Assembly: GCF_020745735.1 (NCBI RefSeq)
Contig: NC_083409.1
Location: forward strand, 17,236,619 to 17,297,112
Direction of reading: 5' to 3'
Length of the DNA stretch: 60,494 bases
Source: Hemiscyllium ocellatum
Taxonomy: Eukaryota
The notes under the pieces are model-generated. The model was not told where the DNA came from. It saw only the letters and a program-made list of their open reading frames with translations, and did not search any database. Shown piece by piece: positions 49,375 through 60,494 of this stretch. The stretch's first letter is position 1. Each line of letters starts with the position of its first letter. The translations under genes were made by a program, and so were the position numbers.

Positions 49375-49690
49375 TTAGATTAGATTCTCTACAGTTTGGA
49401 AACAAGCCCTTTGGCCCAACAAGTCCACACTGATCTCCGAAGAGTAACCCACCCAGACCCATTTCCCTCTCAGTAATGCATCAAACACTATGGACAATTT
49501 AGCATGGCCAATTCACCTGACCTGCACACCTCTGGACTGTGGAAGGAAACCAGAGCACCCGGAGGAAAAACACGCAGACACAGGGAGAATGTGCAAACTC
49601 CACACAGACAGTCACCCAAGGCTGGATTCAAACCTGGGACCCTGGTACTATAAGGCTGCAGTGCTAACCACTGAGCCACCATGCTGATCC
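49375..49690 (-). mobile_element. HE1-like SINE
   Basis: Same body and tail as 38049-38360. Confidence 0.85.
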
Positions 49691-50091
49691 CCACCCCTGA
49701 GCCACCACTAAGCCACCAATGCCACCTGAAAATTCACCTAAACACACTTTTGCCAGTCTGGTCACTATATTCAGAAATTAAAGACCCCCCCCCCCCCCCA
49801 TTTATAAGGGCTCTATCATATTTGCAGGTCTCTGTAAATTCCTTGCATTTGTATTCCTCCACATCCTTCCCACTGGGTGGTGTCTTATTGACTGCTGTGA
49901 GGATTCTGTGGTCCTTGGTGTTCCTCTCTGATATTTGCCCCTGGCTCCCACAGCCCTGCCAAGTTAGTTTAAACCCTCTCTAACAGTAGTAAACCACCTC
50001 ACAAAAATCTAAAGCCCTCCCTCATGGATCCTCTTTCCAGCCCAGCAGTCACCTGTGTTCACCTCCTGATTCTATTCTCACTTGTGTGGGG

Positions 50092-50179
50092 TGCTGCAAA
50101 TGTGTTGCTGGGAAAAGCGCAGCAGGTCAGGCAGCATCCAAGGAGCAGGAGAGTCGACGTTTCGGGCCTGAGCCCTTCT
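50092..50179 (-). mobile_element. Short Penelope-end insertion with 14-bp TSD
   Basis: TSD tcacttgtgtgggg (50078-50091) / tcacttgcgtgggg (50180-50193). Empty site in the left arm at 8869-8882. Confidence 0.75.
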
Positions 50180-53100
50180 TCACTTGCGTGGGGCACTGGG
50201 AGTAATCTGGAGATTCCTACCTTTGAGTTCCTGCTACTAATTAGCAGCAGGAACTCAAAAGTAGGAAGCTCCCAGATTACTTAAAAGTCGGAAGCTCCAA
50301 AACCTCTGACTGCAGGACTACATCCCTTTTCTCCCTCTGTCACTGGGACCGATGTGGACCACGAACTGCTGCCTGTTCCCCCTCTCCCCTCAGGGTGGTC
50401 TGCAGCCGCTCAGTGCTATCCTTGACGCTGGCACCAGGGAGACAACACACCATCCTGGATTCCCATCTGCAGCTGCAGAAACACCTATCGACTGCCTTCA
50501 CTCTCCAATCTCCTCTCACTATCACTCTTCCAGTTTTCCTTGTGCCCCCCCTGTACAGCTGGGTCCCCCCGTGGTGCCAGGGACTTCGCCCTGGCTACAC
50601 TCCCCAGATGAACCATCATTCGCATCAGGATTCTGAACTGAATCCTGGTTGGAGAGTAGGATGTCTGGGGATTCCTGTACTAGCTGCCTGGTCCTTTTGG
50701 ACTGTCTGCTGTTCCCCATTCCCTCTCTCCCTGCATACTCTGAAGCTGCGGAGTGGCCACATCTAGAAACGTGCTCTCCACGGAGCTCTCAGCCTCACGG
50801 ACACTCCGCACTGACACCAGCTGCTGCTCAAGCTCCAAAACCGGAGCTCCAACTGCTGTCACTGACCACACTTCCTGTACTCATGGTATTCCAGGAGCTG
50901 GGAAACATTCTGAAGTTCCCACATGGATGCACACTCTCTCCACTCTTGGATAATCTCTTTGCAAAGTTCTGATGACAAACAGCTACTACAGCAGGGCTCA
51001 GAGTCCAGTGTTCAGTGGGTTCAGTGTTCCAGGGTTTTGGAGAAACTCTCCAAAAGACTTTAAGAAATAGGAGCAGAAATCAGCCATTCAGCCCATTGAA
51101 TCTGCTCTGCCATTTGACCTTGGCAGATATGCTTCTCACCCCCATTCGTCTTCCTACTCCACAAGAATGTTCGATCCCCTTCACAATCACGAACCTACCT
51201 ATCTCTGTCTTAAATACACTCAGTGACTTGGCCTCCCTGCCCTCTGTAACAATGAGTTCCACAGATTCACCACCCTCTGGCTGAAGAAATCCCTCCTCAT
51301 CTCAGGTCTAATGGGTCGGCCCTTCATTCTGAGGCTGTGCCTTGGTTAGCGAGTCTCTCCTGTTTTCGGAAACATCTTCTCCACATCCACTCTATCCAGG
51401 CCTATCTGTATTCTGTAAATTTCAATAAGATCCCGCCTCGTCCTTCTAAACTCCATTGAGTACAGACCCAGAGTCCTTAACCATGCCTCATATGACAAGC
51501 CCTCCATCCCCAGGATCATTCTTGTAAACCCCTCCAATGCCAGCACATTGTTTCTTACAATATGGGTCCTAAATCTGCTCACAATATTCCAAATTCAGTC
51601 TGACCAGAGCCTTACACAGCCTTAGCAGTACATCTCTGCCCTTGTATTCTGGCCCTATTGAAATGAATGCTAATATTTCATTTACCTTCCCAAGCACAAA
51701 CCACACCTGCCTGTTCACCTTAAGAAAATCCTGAATGAGGTTTGTGCTTTAGATTTCCAAAGGCTTTCCTCATTTAGAAAATACCTCCACACCCTGACTC
51801 CATTGATTCCTGAAAGATCATCAAAAATGTCTCCACAATCTCCTCAGTGATCTCCTTCAGAACACACTGGTGTAATTCATCTAGTCTGGGTGAGTTATCC
51901 ACACTCAGACATTTCAGCTTCCCCAGTACCTCCTCCTTAATAATGGCCACTGCTCTCACCTCTGTCCCCTGACAGTCTTGAAGGACTGGGACACTGCTGG
52001 TGTTTTCCATTGTGCAGACTGATGTAATGTATGGATTCAATTCCTCTGCTTTTTCTTCATTTCCTATTATTCTTTTTCCAATGTCTATTTCTGCCTCCAT
52101 CTTCCTTTTTATATATCTGATGAAACTCTTGCAATCTTCTTTTATATTACTGGCTCGCTTTCCCCCACATTTCACCTTCGGTACCCTGAATGTGTTTTTT
52201 TCAGTTATCCTCTACAGGTTTTTAAAGACTTCCTAACCCTCTGGCCTCCCACTATTTTCCACCACATTGTGTGCTTTTTCTTTTGCTTTTATGCTGTCCT
52301 TGACCTCCCTCATCAGCCATGGTTACATTGTCCTCCCCTTAGTGTGTTTCTTCTTTTTTGGGATGAATTCCTACTCTGCTTCCTGAATTACCCCCAGAAA
52401 CTCTGCTGTTTGCTGCCACATCATCTTACCTGCTCGGCTCCCCTTCCAATCAACTCTGGCCAGCTCCTTCCTCACGCCTTTGTCGTTCCCTTTACTCAAC
52501 TGAAATACTGTACCATCTGATTACAGCTTCTCCCTCTCAAACTACAGGGGGAATTCTATCGTATTATGGTCACTTATCCAGAAGGATACTTTCACCTTCA
52601 GCTCACTAATCAAGTTTGCCTCATTACACATCACTGAATCCAGAACTGCCTGTTCCAAACCGCAAGCTGTTTCAAAAACCATCTCATAGACATTCCATGA
52701 GAGACGTGCTACCCAATCCACCTCTCCATTTTTTTTAATGGATTTTCTGTCTCCTGATTGATTTCCTTCCCCACACCCTGTTTACTGCTTGGAGACCTGA
52801 ACTTGCATCAGATTCTTTATTTCTTGGGTTCCTCAACACTCCCCACACAGATTGTACACCTTCTGACTGTATCTTTCTTGCTATTGATTTAAAGTCATTT
52901 CTTACTAACAAGGCAACTCCTGTACCTCTGCTCTTCTGCCTGTCTTTTTGATAGATCATGTATCCTTGGATATTTAGTTCCCAGCCCGGATCCCCTTACA
53001 GCCATGTCCCTGTGATACCCACAACATTGTACCTGCCATTTAATTACAACACCCTCAGTCCTGCATTGACTGCCCTCCTTCTCATCATTGTTCCTCTTAT

Positions 53101-55082
53101 CTGATGTGCTTGACATTTGATTCCTGATCCCTTCCATGCTCTCAGTCCTATTACATCTTCCAGAATCTTTGCTAACCTCTCCTGAGCCCTCCTCCACTTT
53201 AACTAGTTTAAGTTACTTGGAAACTCAATTTACCTCGATTTGGGGCATCACTTTGTCTCCCTGACTCGGAATGCTTCGTGCATTTAGACACAAAATCTTT
53301 AAGGTTGATCTATTCTTGACTTTCCCTGCACTTTTATGGCATCTTTGATATTCAAAAATTCCCTCCCTTCCTTTTATTTTTGGTAACAATCAATCCCATC
53401 ACTAACCAGCAATCCTACCTTCTCCTTTACCTTCCATTTTCACATTTTCCATCCAACTGAACCAAATTCCTTTCTCTTTGGGTTGAGTTCAGGACAATAT
53501 TTATCCTTGAACCAAAATCATGAAGAATGCTCTTTGATCTTATTGCTTCCAGTGGGATCTTGCTGTGTAGAAATTGGCTGCCCTTTCCTGAAATTGCAAC
53601 AGTGACTGGTTTTCAAGCAAAGTGTAACTGTCTTTGGGAGAGTCTGAGGTGCTGAGGGCTTGATTGAAACACAATTAGAGTCATAGAGATGTACAGCATG
53701 GAAACAGACTCTTCGATCTGACTCATCCATGTCAACCACAGAGACATAGAGTCATAGTGTCATAGAGATGTACAGCACAGAAATAGATCCTTCTGTGTAA
53801 CTTGTCCATATCGACCAGATAACCTAAATTAATCTAGTCCCATTTGTCAGTATTTGGTCCATATCCTTCTAAACCCTTCCTATTCATATACTCACCCAAA
53901 TGCCTTTTAAATGTTATCATACCAGCCTCCACCACTTCCTCTGGCAGCTCATTCCAAAAATGTACCACTCTTGCAGGAAAACATCATGCCTTAGTTCCCG
54001 TTTAAATCATTCTCCTGATACTTTCCACCTATGCTCTCTAGTTCTGGACTCCTTCACTCTGACCAAAATATCTTCTCTATTCACTTGATCAATGCCCCTC
54101 ATTATGTTAGAAACCTCGATATGGTCATCCCTCAGCCTCCAGCGATCCAGGGAAAATAGCCTCAGCCTATTCAGCCTCTCCCGATTGCTCAAACCCTCCA
54201 ACTTGGCAACATCTTTGGAAATCTTTTCTGAACCAGTTTAAGGTTCCCAACATTTTTCCTACAGCAGGGAGGCCAGAATTCCACACAGTATTCCAAAAGG
54301 GGCCAAACTAATGTCCTGTACAGGTGCATCAGCTCCTAACTCCAATACTCAATGCACTGCCCAATAAAGGGAAGCATGCCAAGTGACTTTGTCGCTCCCC
54401 TACCTACCTGCAACTCCACTTTCAAGGAACTAATCTTTTTTGGGATGAACTGGAGTCTTTCAGAGTGCTTTTCCAAACACCCTGTTCAGAAACAAACTTC
54501 TTGCTTTCACACTCAACTAAAATAAGATAAAAGATGCATTTCATTAAACTAATGACTTCTTGCATTGAGATCTTAATCCAAAAATAAAGATAGAAAAACT
54601 TACTTGATAAGAAAGGTGATGATTTAATGGTACTATCGCTGAGCTGTTCATCCAGAGATCCAGATTAATGTTCTGGGGCCAGGGTAGAATCCTGCCGCAG
54701 CAGATGGTGGAATGTGAATTCAATTTTAAAATCTGCAATTAAGTGTCTAATGATGACCATGAAACAATTATTGATTGTCAGGAAAAAGCCATTTGATTCC
54801 CTGATGCCCTTTAGGGAAGGAAACTGCCATCCTCACCATGTGACTCCAGACCCACAGCAATGTGGTTGACTCTAAACTGCCCTCTGGGTGATGAGGGATG
54901 GGCAATAAATGCTGATCCTATCAGTGACACTCACATCCCAAGAAGCAATTTAAACAATGCTTGTTTTTTATGGGGATTGTTAGGTATTGGCTACAAATGT
55001 TCAAACATTTTATCAATGAATATTCTGAGAGTTGAAATCCCTTCAAATGGCAGGGATTAAAATTGTTTCTCTTGTCTTTCAG

Positions 55083-55366
55083 GCCGTGAGAACTCTCAGC
55101 CCAAGCTGACCCTGCTGCCCCCCCTCCCCGAGCAGGTCAATGCCAAGGGCACTGCCACCCTGGGGAAGAAGGACGGTGCAGTCATTTCGGACGGGGTTCA
55201 GACCAGCAACTACCTGCGAGCTTTGGACAGCACCTACAGTGTCAGCAGCCTGCTGACCCTCCCTGGGTCTGACTGGGAGTCCAATGCTCGCTTCTCCTGT
55301 GCCCTCACTCACGTGACCCTCCCCTCTCCCCTCAGCAAGAGCATCAGGAGATCAGAATGTGTGTAG
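55083..55366 (+). pseudogene. IGKC: Ig kappa C exon, cluster 2, with in-frame 45-bp deletion
   Basis: Acceptor tttcAG at 55081-55082. The exon is 284 nt vs 329 nt in C1. ...GTATL-G-KKDG... replaces ...GTATLVCLANHFYPDELEVQWKKDG. The supplied antisense ORFs (92 vs 77 aa) confirm the 15-codon loss. Confidence 0.95.
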
Positions 55367-55892
55367 AGTGTTGGAGACAGTCCACAGAGGAGACACAACT
55401 TTAAATAGAACAGGGCTGAGCTGGCAGGACAAAGGTCATTGTCAGCACTGAATTTCAACTCTCATCCTGCTCAGGACTGGCTCAGAGACACTTCTGAATT
55501 TCAGGGGTTATGGCAGTTCATTGGGACAGTGTAGATAGGGCTTTACGCTGTGTCAAACCCCATGCTGTCCTTGTTCTGGGAGTGTTTAATGGGGACAGGG
55601 TTGACTTGTGATGCCAAGTAAAATCTCTTGAAGTTGCTGAAGACTGTCAGTTGTACAAAACAATGTGAACCTCAGAAGTCTCTGCTTCAGTAAACCAGAT
55701 CTCCTTCCTGCTCAGCTGCCAGTTCCAATTTAAGGTTTTGTGACTGTTTGAAGGGACAGGATTCTCATGTTATTGAGCAAACCTCCACAAGTGTTTTCCT
55801 CAAGCTCCAATGTGGCTGTGAATTTGAGCAGCTTCCTCTGTCTGGGCTGTTAATTGCTGACTGTTTTCTGTCAATGTCAATCTGGAAAAGGG

Positions 55893-55898
55893 AATAAA
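55893..55898 (+). terminator. PolyA signal AATAAA of cluster 2
   Basis: Mirror of 798-803. Confidence 0.7.
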
Positions 55899-56079
55899 GA
55901 TGAAGAAGATTCAGTCCCTGTGTCTGTCTGCTTTGGAGACTGACCACTCCATTCAGCTGATTGGCTGTATTTCAGCATGGCATTGTCACAATTGGCTAAT
56001 TGGCCTGTCAATCAATGACACATCCGTTGTAGAGGATACTGACAGCCAATCATCAATCACTTTCAAATTATCCCTTTGA

Positions 56080-57415
56080 TCTGGAATCATTGGATGTTAC
56101 CAATTCCAAACAGATCTCCATTAATGACAACCTGGACCATCTCTGACACCTCCCTCCCCTTCCTGGAACTCTCCATCTCTATTAATGAACTGACATTTTT
56201 TACAAAACCCACCGACACCGAGGATTCCACCTCTTCCCAACCCACCTCTTGCAAAAATGCCATCCCGCATTCCCAATTCCTCTGCCTCCGCCATATTTCC
56301 TCCCACCACAGAACACACCAGATGGCATCCTTCTTTAGAGACCGCAATTTCCCTTCCCATGTGGTCAAAGATGTCCTCCAACGCATCTCGTCCACATCGA
56401 CCCCTCCACCCTCAAACCCCACCCCTCCAACTATAAAAAGGACAGAACCCCCCTGGCGCTCCCCTTCCACCCCTACCACCTTCGCATAAACCACATCATC
56501 CGATGACATTTCCGCCACCTCCAAATGGACCCCACCACCAGGGATGTATTTCCCTCCCCACCCATTCCTGCTTTCCGCAAAGACCGTTTCCTCCATGACT
56601 ACTTGGTCAAGTCCACACCCCCCAACAACCCACCCTCCTTTCCTGGCACCCTCCCCTGCCACCACAGGAATTGCAAAACCTGCGCCCGCACCTCCTCCCT
56701 CACCTCCATCTAGGGCCCAAAAGAGCCTTCCACATCCATCAAATTTTTACCAGCACACTCACCAATGTCATTTATTTTATCTGTTGCTCCTGCTGTGGTC
56801 TCCTCTACATTGGGGAGACTGGACGCCTCCTTGCAGAGCGCTTTAGGGAACATCTCCGGGACAACCACACCAATCAACTCCACCGCCCTGTGGCCCAACA
56901 TTTCAACTCCCCCTCCCACTCTGCCAAGGACAGGCAGGTCCTGGGCCTCCTCCACCGCTGCTCCCTCACCACCCGACAACTGGAGGAAGAACACCTCATC
57001 TTCCACCTCGGAACACTTCAATCCCATGGCATCAATGTGGATTTCACCAGTTTCCTCCTCATTTCCCCTCCCCCATCTCACCCCAGCTCCAAACTTCCAG
57101 CTCAGCACCATCCTCATGACCTGTCCTACCTGCTTATCTTCCTTTCCACCTACCCACTACAGCCTCCTCTCTGATCTATCACCTCCATCCCCACCCCCAT
57201 CCACCTATTGTACTCTATGCTGCTTTCTCCCCAACCCCCTCGCATTTATCTCTCCACTTTGCAGGCACCCTGCCTCTATTCCTGATGAAGGGCTTTTGCC
57301 CAAAACATTGATTTTCCTGCTCCTTGGATGCTGCCTGACCTGCTGTGCTTTTCCATGACCACTCTGATCTAGCCTCTGGTTTCCAGCATCTGCAGTACTT
57401 GTTTTTAACCAAGAA
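56080..57415 (+). mobile_element. 5'-truncated Penelope-like element (RT C-terminus, GIY-YIG endonuclease remnant, 3' end)
   Basis: ORF 56671: NVIYFICCSCCGLLYIGETGRLLAERFREHLRD...VAQHFNSPSHS (GIY-YIG with Cys/His motif). Ends in the same terminal sequence as the mini-elements. Confidence 0.9.
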
Positions 57416-57764
57416 ACAGAAAGTTGTGAGGACTCAATAATTACAATCTTAGGCAATTCTTCTTCACTCTGTGGTCCAGGCTCAGATGCTGGGATTGCAC
57501 TCTTTGCTGCATGCTGTGTTGTACCTGAAGTGATCTTAGGCCAATCACTGACACTGCAGGCTGCGTGTCCCTCTGAGTGCGAGTGTACTACATAATGCTG
57601 TCTGGAGGTGCCAATCTGAGGTGGGTGGTATTCACAGAGACACCTACAAGCATCATGGAGCATGTTACTCAGTGCTGCCTGACTCTCTGAGTGTGTGTGT
57701 TACTCAGTGTTGCCTGTAGGTGTCTGTGTGTGTGTTTATTCTGCACTGGCTGTAGGCAGTGCAA

Positions 57765-57997
57765 TGATGTGGAGATGCTGGTGTTGGACTGGGGTGTACA
57801 AAGTTAAAAATCACACAACACCAGGTTATAGTCCAACAGGATTAATTGGAAGCACACTAGCTTTCGGAGCGCCGCTCCTTCATCAAGGGAGTGTCCTCCA
57901 CAACCACCTGATGATGGAGTGGCGCTCCGAAAGCTAGTGTGCTTCCAATTAAACCTGAGGGACTATAACCTGGTGTTGTGTGATTTTTAACTTTGTA
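57765..57997. mobile_element. Palindromic Penelope-end mini-element (family B)
   Basis: Inverted arms gtacaaagttaaaaatcacacaacaccaggttatagtcc... / ...ggactataacctggtgttgtgtgatttttaactttgtac. Confidence 0.85.
57905..57939 (+). ncRNA. Minimal type-I hammerhead ribozyme-like motif (family B), core intact
   Basis: CAC-CTGATGA-T-GGAG(tggcg)CTCC-GAAAGCT-A-GTG: stem I CAC/GTG, stem II GGAG/CTCC, palindromic AGCT. Confidence 0.7.
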
Positions 57998-58226
57998 CCT
58001 CAATGAGTGTGAGTGTGTTACTCTGTGCTGCCTGTCGGTGTCTCTGAGGTATTTGTCTCCGAGTGATGGGGAGAGAATGGGTTTTGTGATGGGGATTGAA
58101 GATTAGGCTTTAATGTCGTCAAATCTCAGGAGAAAAACAACTCAGTCTGAGATGGCAGCTCATTGAGGTGGCCAAGGTTAAAAATCACACAACACCAGGT
58201 TATAGTCCAACAGGTTTCTTTGGAAG

Positions 58227-58261
58227 TACAAGCTTTCGGAGCACTGCTCCTTCATCAGGCA
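58227..58261 (-). ncRNA. Hammerhead-like motif (family B), core intact, CUU triplet
   Basis: Minus strand TGC-CTGATGA-A-GGAGC(agt)GCTCC-GAAAGCT-T-GTA. Confidence 0.55.
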
Positions 58262-58989
58262 GCTAGTGGGGCAGGATCATAGTTCACAGAATTTACAGTG
58301 AAATTGAGATGGCAGCTGAGAAAGGTGAATACTGAGAGTGTATTCTCAGGAAGAGAGGGATTTCAGAGGCAGTGCACAATGTGCTCCCTAATGTGCTCCC
58401 CAATTACAAGGGATTTTCTGGAGCTGGGATCATTGCAGTAGTGGCTGTCTGCTCAGCCAATGCTGACTAGCCATAGTCGTATTTCAATGGTCAATTAGCT
58501 CTAAACTAGATGCAGCAATATTACCTTACAGGGAGGAGAGCAGTGACTGAGGTTGAATTCTTGCAGACCCAAGAGGGATTGCAGTGGATTAACTTTGGGC
58601 ATAAGCTCTTCATTAGGTATGGAAGGAAGGCCAACCTCTCCCAAAGGCAGCAACAGGCTGGATCAAAGGGGCGTCAAGAGTAAGCATGGGAGATTGAGGT
58701 GTGACCAAAGGAGGTGGTTGGTTGGCTGGCAGTTTGTTATTCAAGTCAGGTCCCAGAGTATCAGTCCTTCTGACACTCCCCTTTTTATCTGTCAGCCAGG
58801 GCTCCCTGATTGGACGAGGTTAAAAGCCATCAAGGGGCTCTATTATTTTATTGAAAAAAAAACATTTATCTCAAACAAGAGCACAAGAGCTAAAACGAGA
58901 CAAGACAAATGAATGGTTTCATTACGAACGTCACAAATGAGATTTGGGAAATAAGATGTGCATTCTGGGTGATGGGAATCTGGAATGGC

Positions 58990-59330
58990 CTGTCACAGAC
59001 TCCACAGACTGTCACAGTGTGGACACAGGCCATTTGGCCCAACAAGCCAACACCAACCCTCTGAAGACAGACTCCCTGAGACACATTCCCCTACCCTTTT
59101 ACTCAACATCTCCCCTGACTGACAGATTCTTGATCACTGTGGCAATTTTAGAATGGCCAATTCACCTAACCTGCACATCTTTGGATTGTGGGGAACTGGA
59201 GCATGCAGAGAAACCCACACAGACACAGGGGGAGCGTGCAAACTCCACAAAGACAGTTACCTCGGGCTGGAATCGAACCCAGGTCCTGGTGCTGTGAGGC
59301 AGCAGTGCAAACCACTGAGCCACCATACTG
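58990..59330 (-). mobile_element. HE1-like SINE
   Basis: Same body, with a tRNA-like head at the right end. Confidence 0.8.
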
Positions 59331-59959
59331 CACATTAAAGAACAGGAGCTTTTGTTAAACTCCGTGAGCCTGACGTGATATGAATTATAAACACACAACC
59401 CTCTGTCAGGGAAGGTAGTGGAGGCTGGAAACCTTACAACATTTAAATATCATAACATGCAAGGATTTGGGATAAGTGCAGGAAATTGGGATTAGAGTCC
59501 TTCACGGTAGTTATGCCAGTGCAGACTCAATGGGCCAAAGGGCCTTTTCTGTGCTGTATTAATCTACGCTCCATGCTGAGAGGGCAGTGCAGGTTAATGG
59601 TGACTAGGCTAGACAGTTCCAAGATGGCAAATCAATGATCAAGGGTCAGAGGAAATGGCTCAAGCTTCAGTGAAGGCCCAAGTAAGTGCTTGGGAGGAGC
59701 GTCAAGGCTAATGCAGACAAGGTCAACGGAGACTGACTAAGGGCGTTAGGGTGCTGCCTGGCAATCCAGGGGTTGTAGTGAGGCATGTGGGGACAAGAGG
59801 GGAGTGTGTAGGGAGGAAGTGCAGTTTCAGTTGAAATGCGATCTTTGCCAGCAACAACATGACCTTCAGTACCAGGGGGTGTCCCTGACTGTGTCAGGCT
59901 CACTGGCTGCTCTCTGTGTGATTCCACACAGCCACCCATGTGGTCACCACGCAAGATCT

Positions 59960-60155
59960 TGCTCTTGTCTACGCTACTGTCTACACCACCATCTGCAACT
60001 ACCGTCTGGACCTTCTGTCTACAACACCATCTGCTCCCACCGTCTGCACCCTCAGTCTGCACCCAGCATCCACAGCCACTGTCTAGTCCCTCTGTTTCAC
60101 ACCCACCATCTAACCCACTGTCTACACTGCTGTCTGCACCCTCCATCTACACCTC
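59960..60155 (+). repeat. Degenerate ~13-bp minisatellite (caccgtctgcacc-like)
   Basis: Recurrent c(a/c)(a/g)tct(g/a)c units. Confidence 0.65.
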
Positions 60156-60494
60156 TCATCTTTCTGCTGTTGTAAGATAGTATCCAATGATTCCATTGAG
60201 ATTACTGCACCCGAAGCCTGAATTTTAGAACCGGAAATGATTGTCTTCTAACTCTGACCTACAAAGTCTGTGTTCCATGTAATAGAAAATTAACAAAATT
60301 AGCATTTACTCTGAAATCTAAAAGACAGTGCTGACTAAAATTAAAACTTTCTGACACTTTGCTGAAGTATGCAGTCGAGGAGTATGCAGCTTTCTCCTGA
60401 GGAACTTTGTAAATATTCAACAAGAGAAAAATATAAGAACAGTCTGTCCACAACAAGGGATGAAAAGAATAACAACTCAAATCTTCACAGTCTT

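Larger units (their letters stand above)
38975..55935. repeat. Right arm of inverted segmental duplication
   Basis: As for the left arm. It differs by arm-specific insertions and deletions. Confidence 0.92.

Noticed and set aside
57286-57325. Hammerhead in the Penelope 3' end (also ~20285-20335, ~25845-25875, ~27145-27180, ~50155-50182)
   Set aside because: Core positions are mutated or truncated (GAAA>AAAA, loss of CUGAUGA or C3, broken stem II), so treated as decayed copies.
57205-57663. 152-aa minus-strand ORF
   Set aside because: Half is antisense Penelope end, and the rest has no recognisable domain or exon structure.
58520-58860. Possible solo LTR or promoter (CCAAT plus ATAAAA on the minus strand)
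   Set aside because: No TG...CA termini or TSD could be identified, so too uncertain to call.
1-60494. CRISPR arrays, rRNA or prokaryotic systems
   Set aside because: No regularly spaced repeat-spacer array or rRNA-like sequence. The window is vertebrate intron/repeat DNA.

Overview
Cartilaginous-fish (shark) genomic DNA, probably a carpet shark (inference from repeat families and protein similarity recalled for nurse-shark type III/NS4). It holds two immunoglobulin kappa-type light-chain miniloci (L-V, J, C) arranged head-to-head as a large inverted duplication, with arms ~760-20,190 and ~38,975-55,935 and a ~19-kb repeat-filled spacer. Cluster 1 (minus strand) looks intact: leader 14015-14063, V 13530-13828 with a consensus 12-RSS, J 12995-13029 with a 22-bp-spacer RSS, and C 1331-1659. 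Cluster 2 (plus strand) is multiply disabled: stop codon in V, V heptamer CAC>TAC, GC splice donor after J, and an in-frame 45-bp deletion in C. Its J recombination signal remains near-consensus. Most of the rest is decayed CR1/L2 LINEs, HE1-like tRNA-derived SINEs and microsatellites. There is also a truncated Penelope-like element plus many short palindromic Penelope-end derivatives carrying minimal hammerhead-ribozyme-like motifs of two sequence families. Three non-repeat islands conserved in both arms are candidate regulatory elements or antisense exons. Ig exon, RSS, TSD and ribozyme coordinates were counted by hand to the base. LINE/SINE and arm boundaries are approximate (tens to ~100 bp). 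No alignments or database searches were run.
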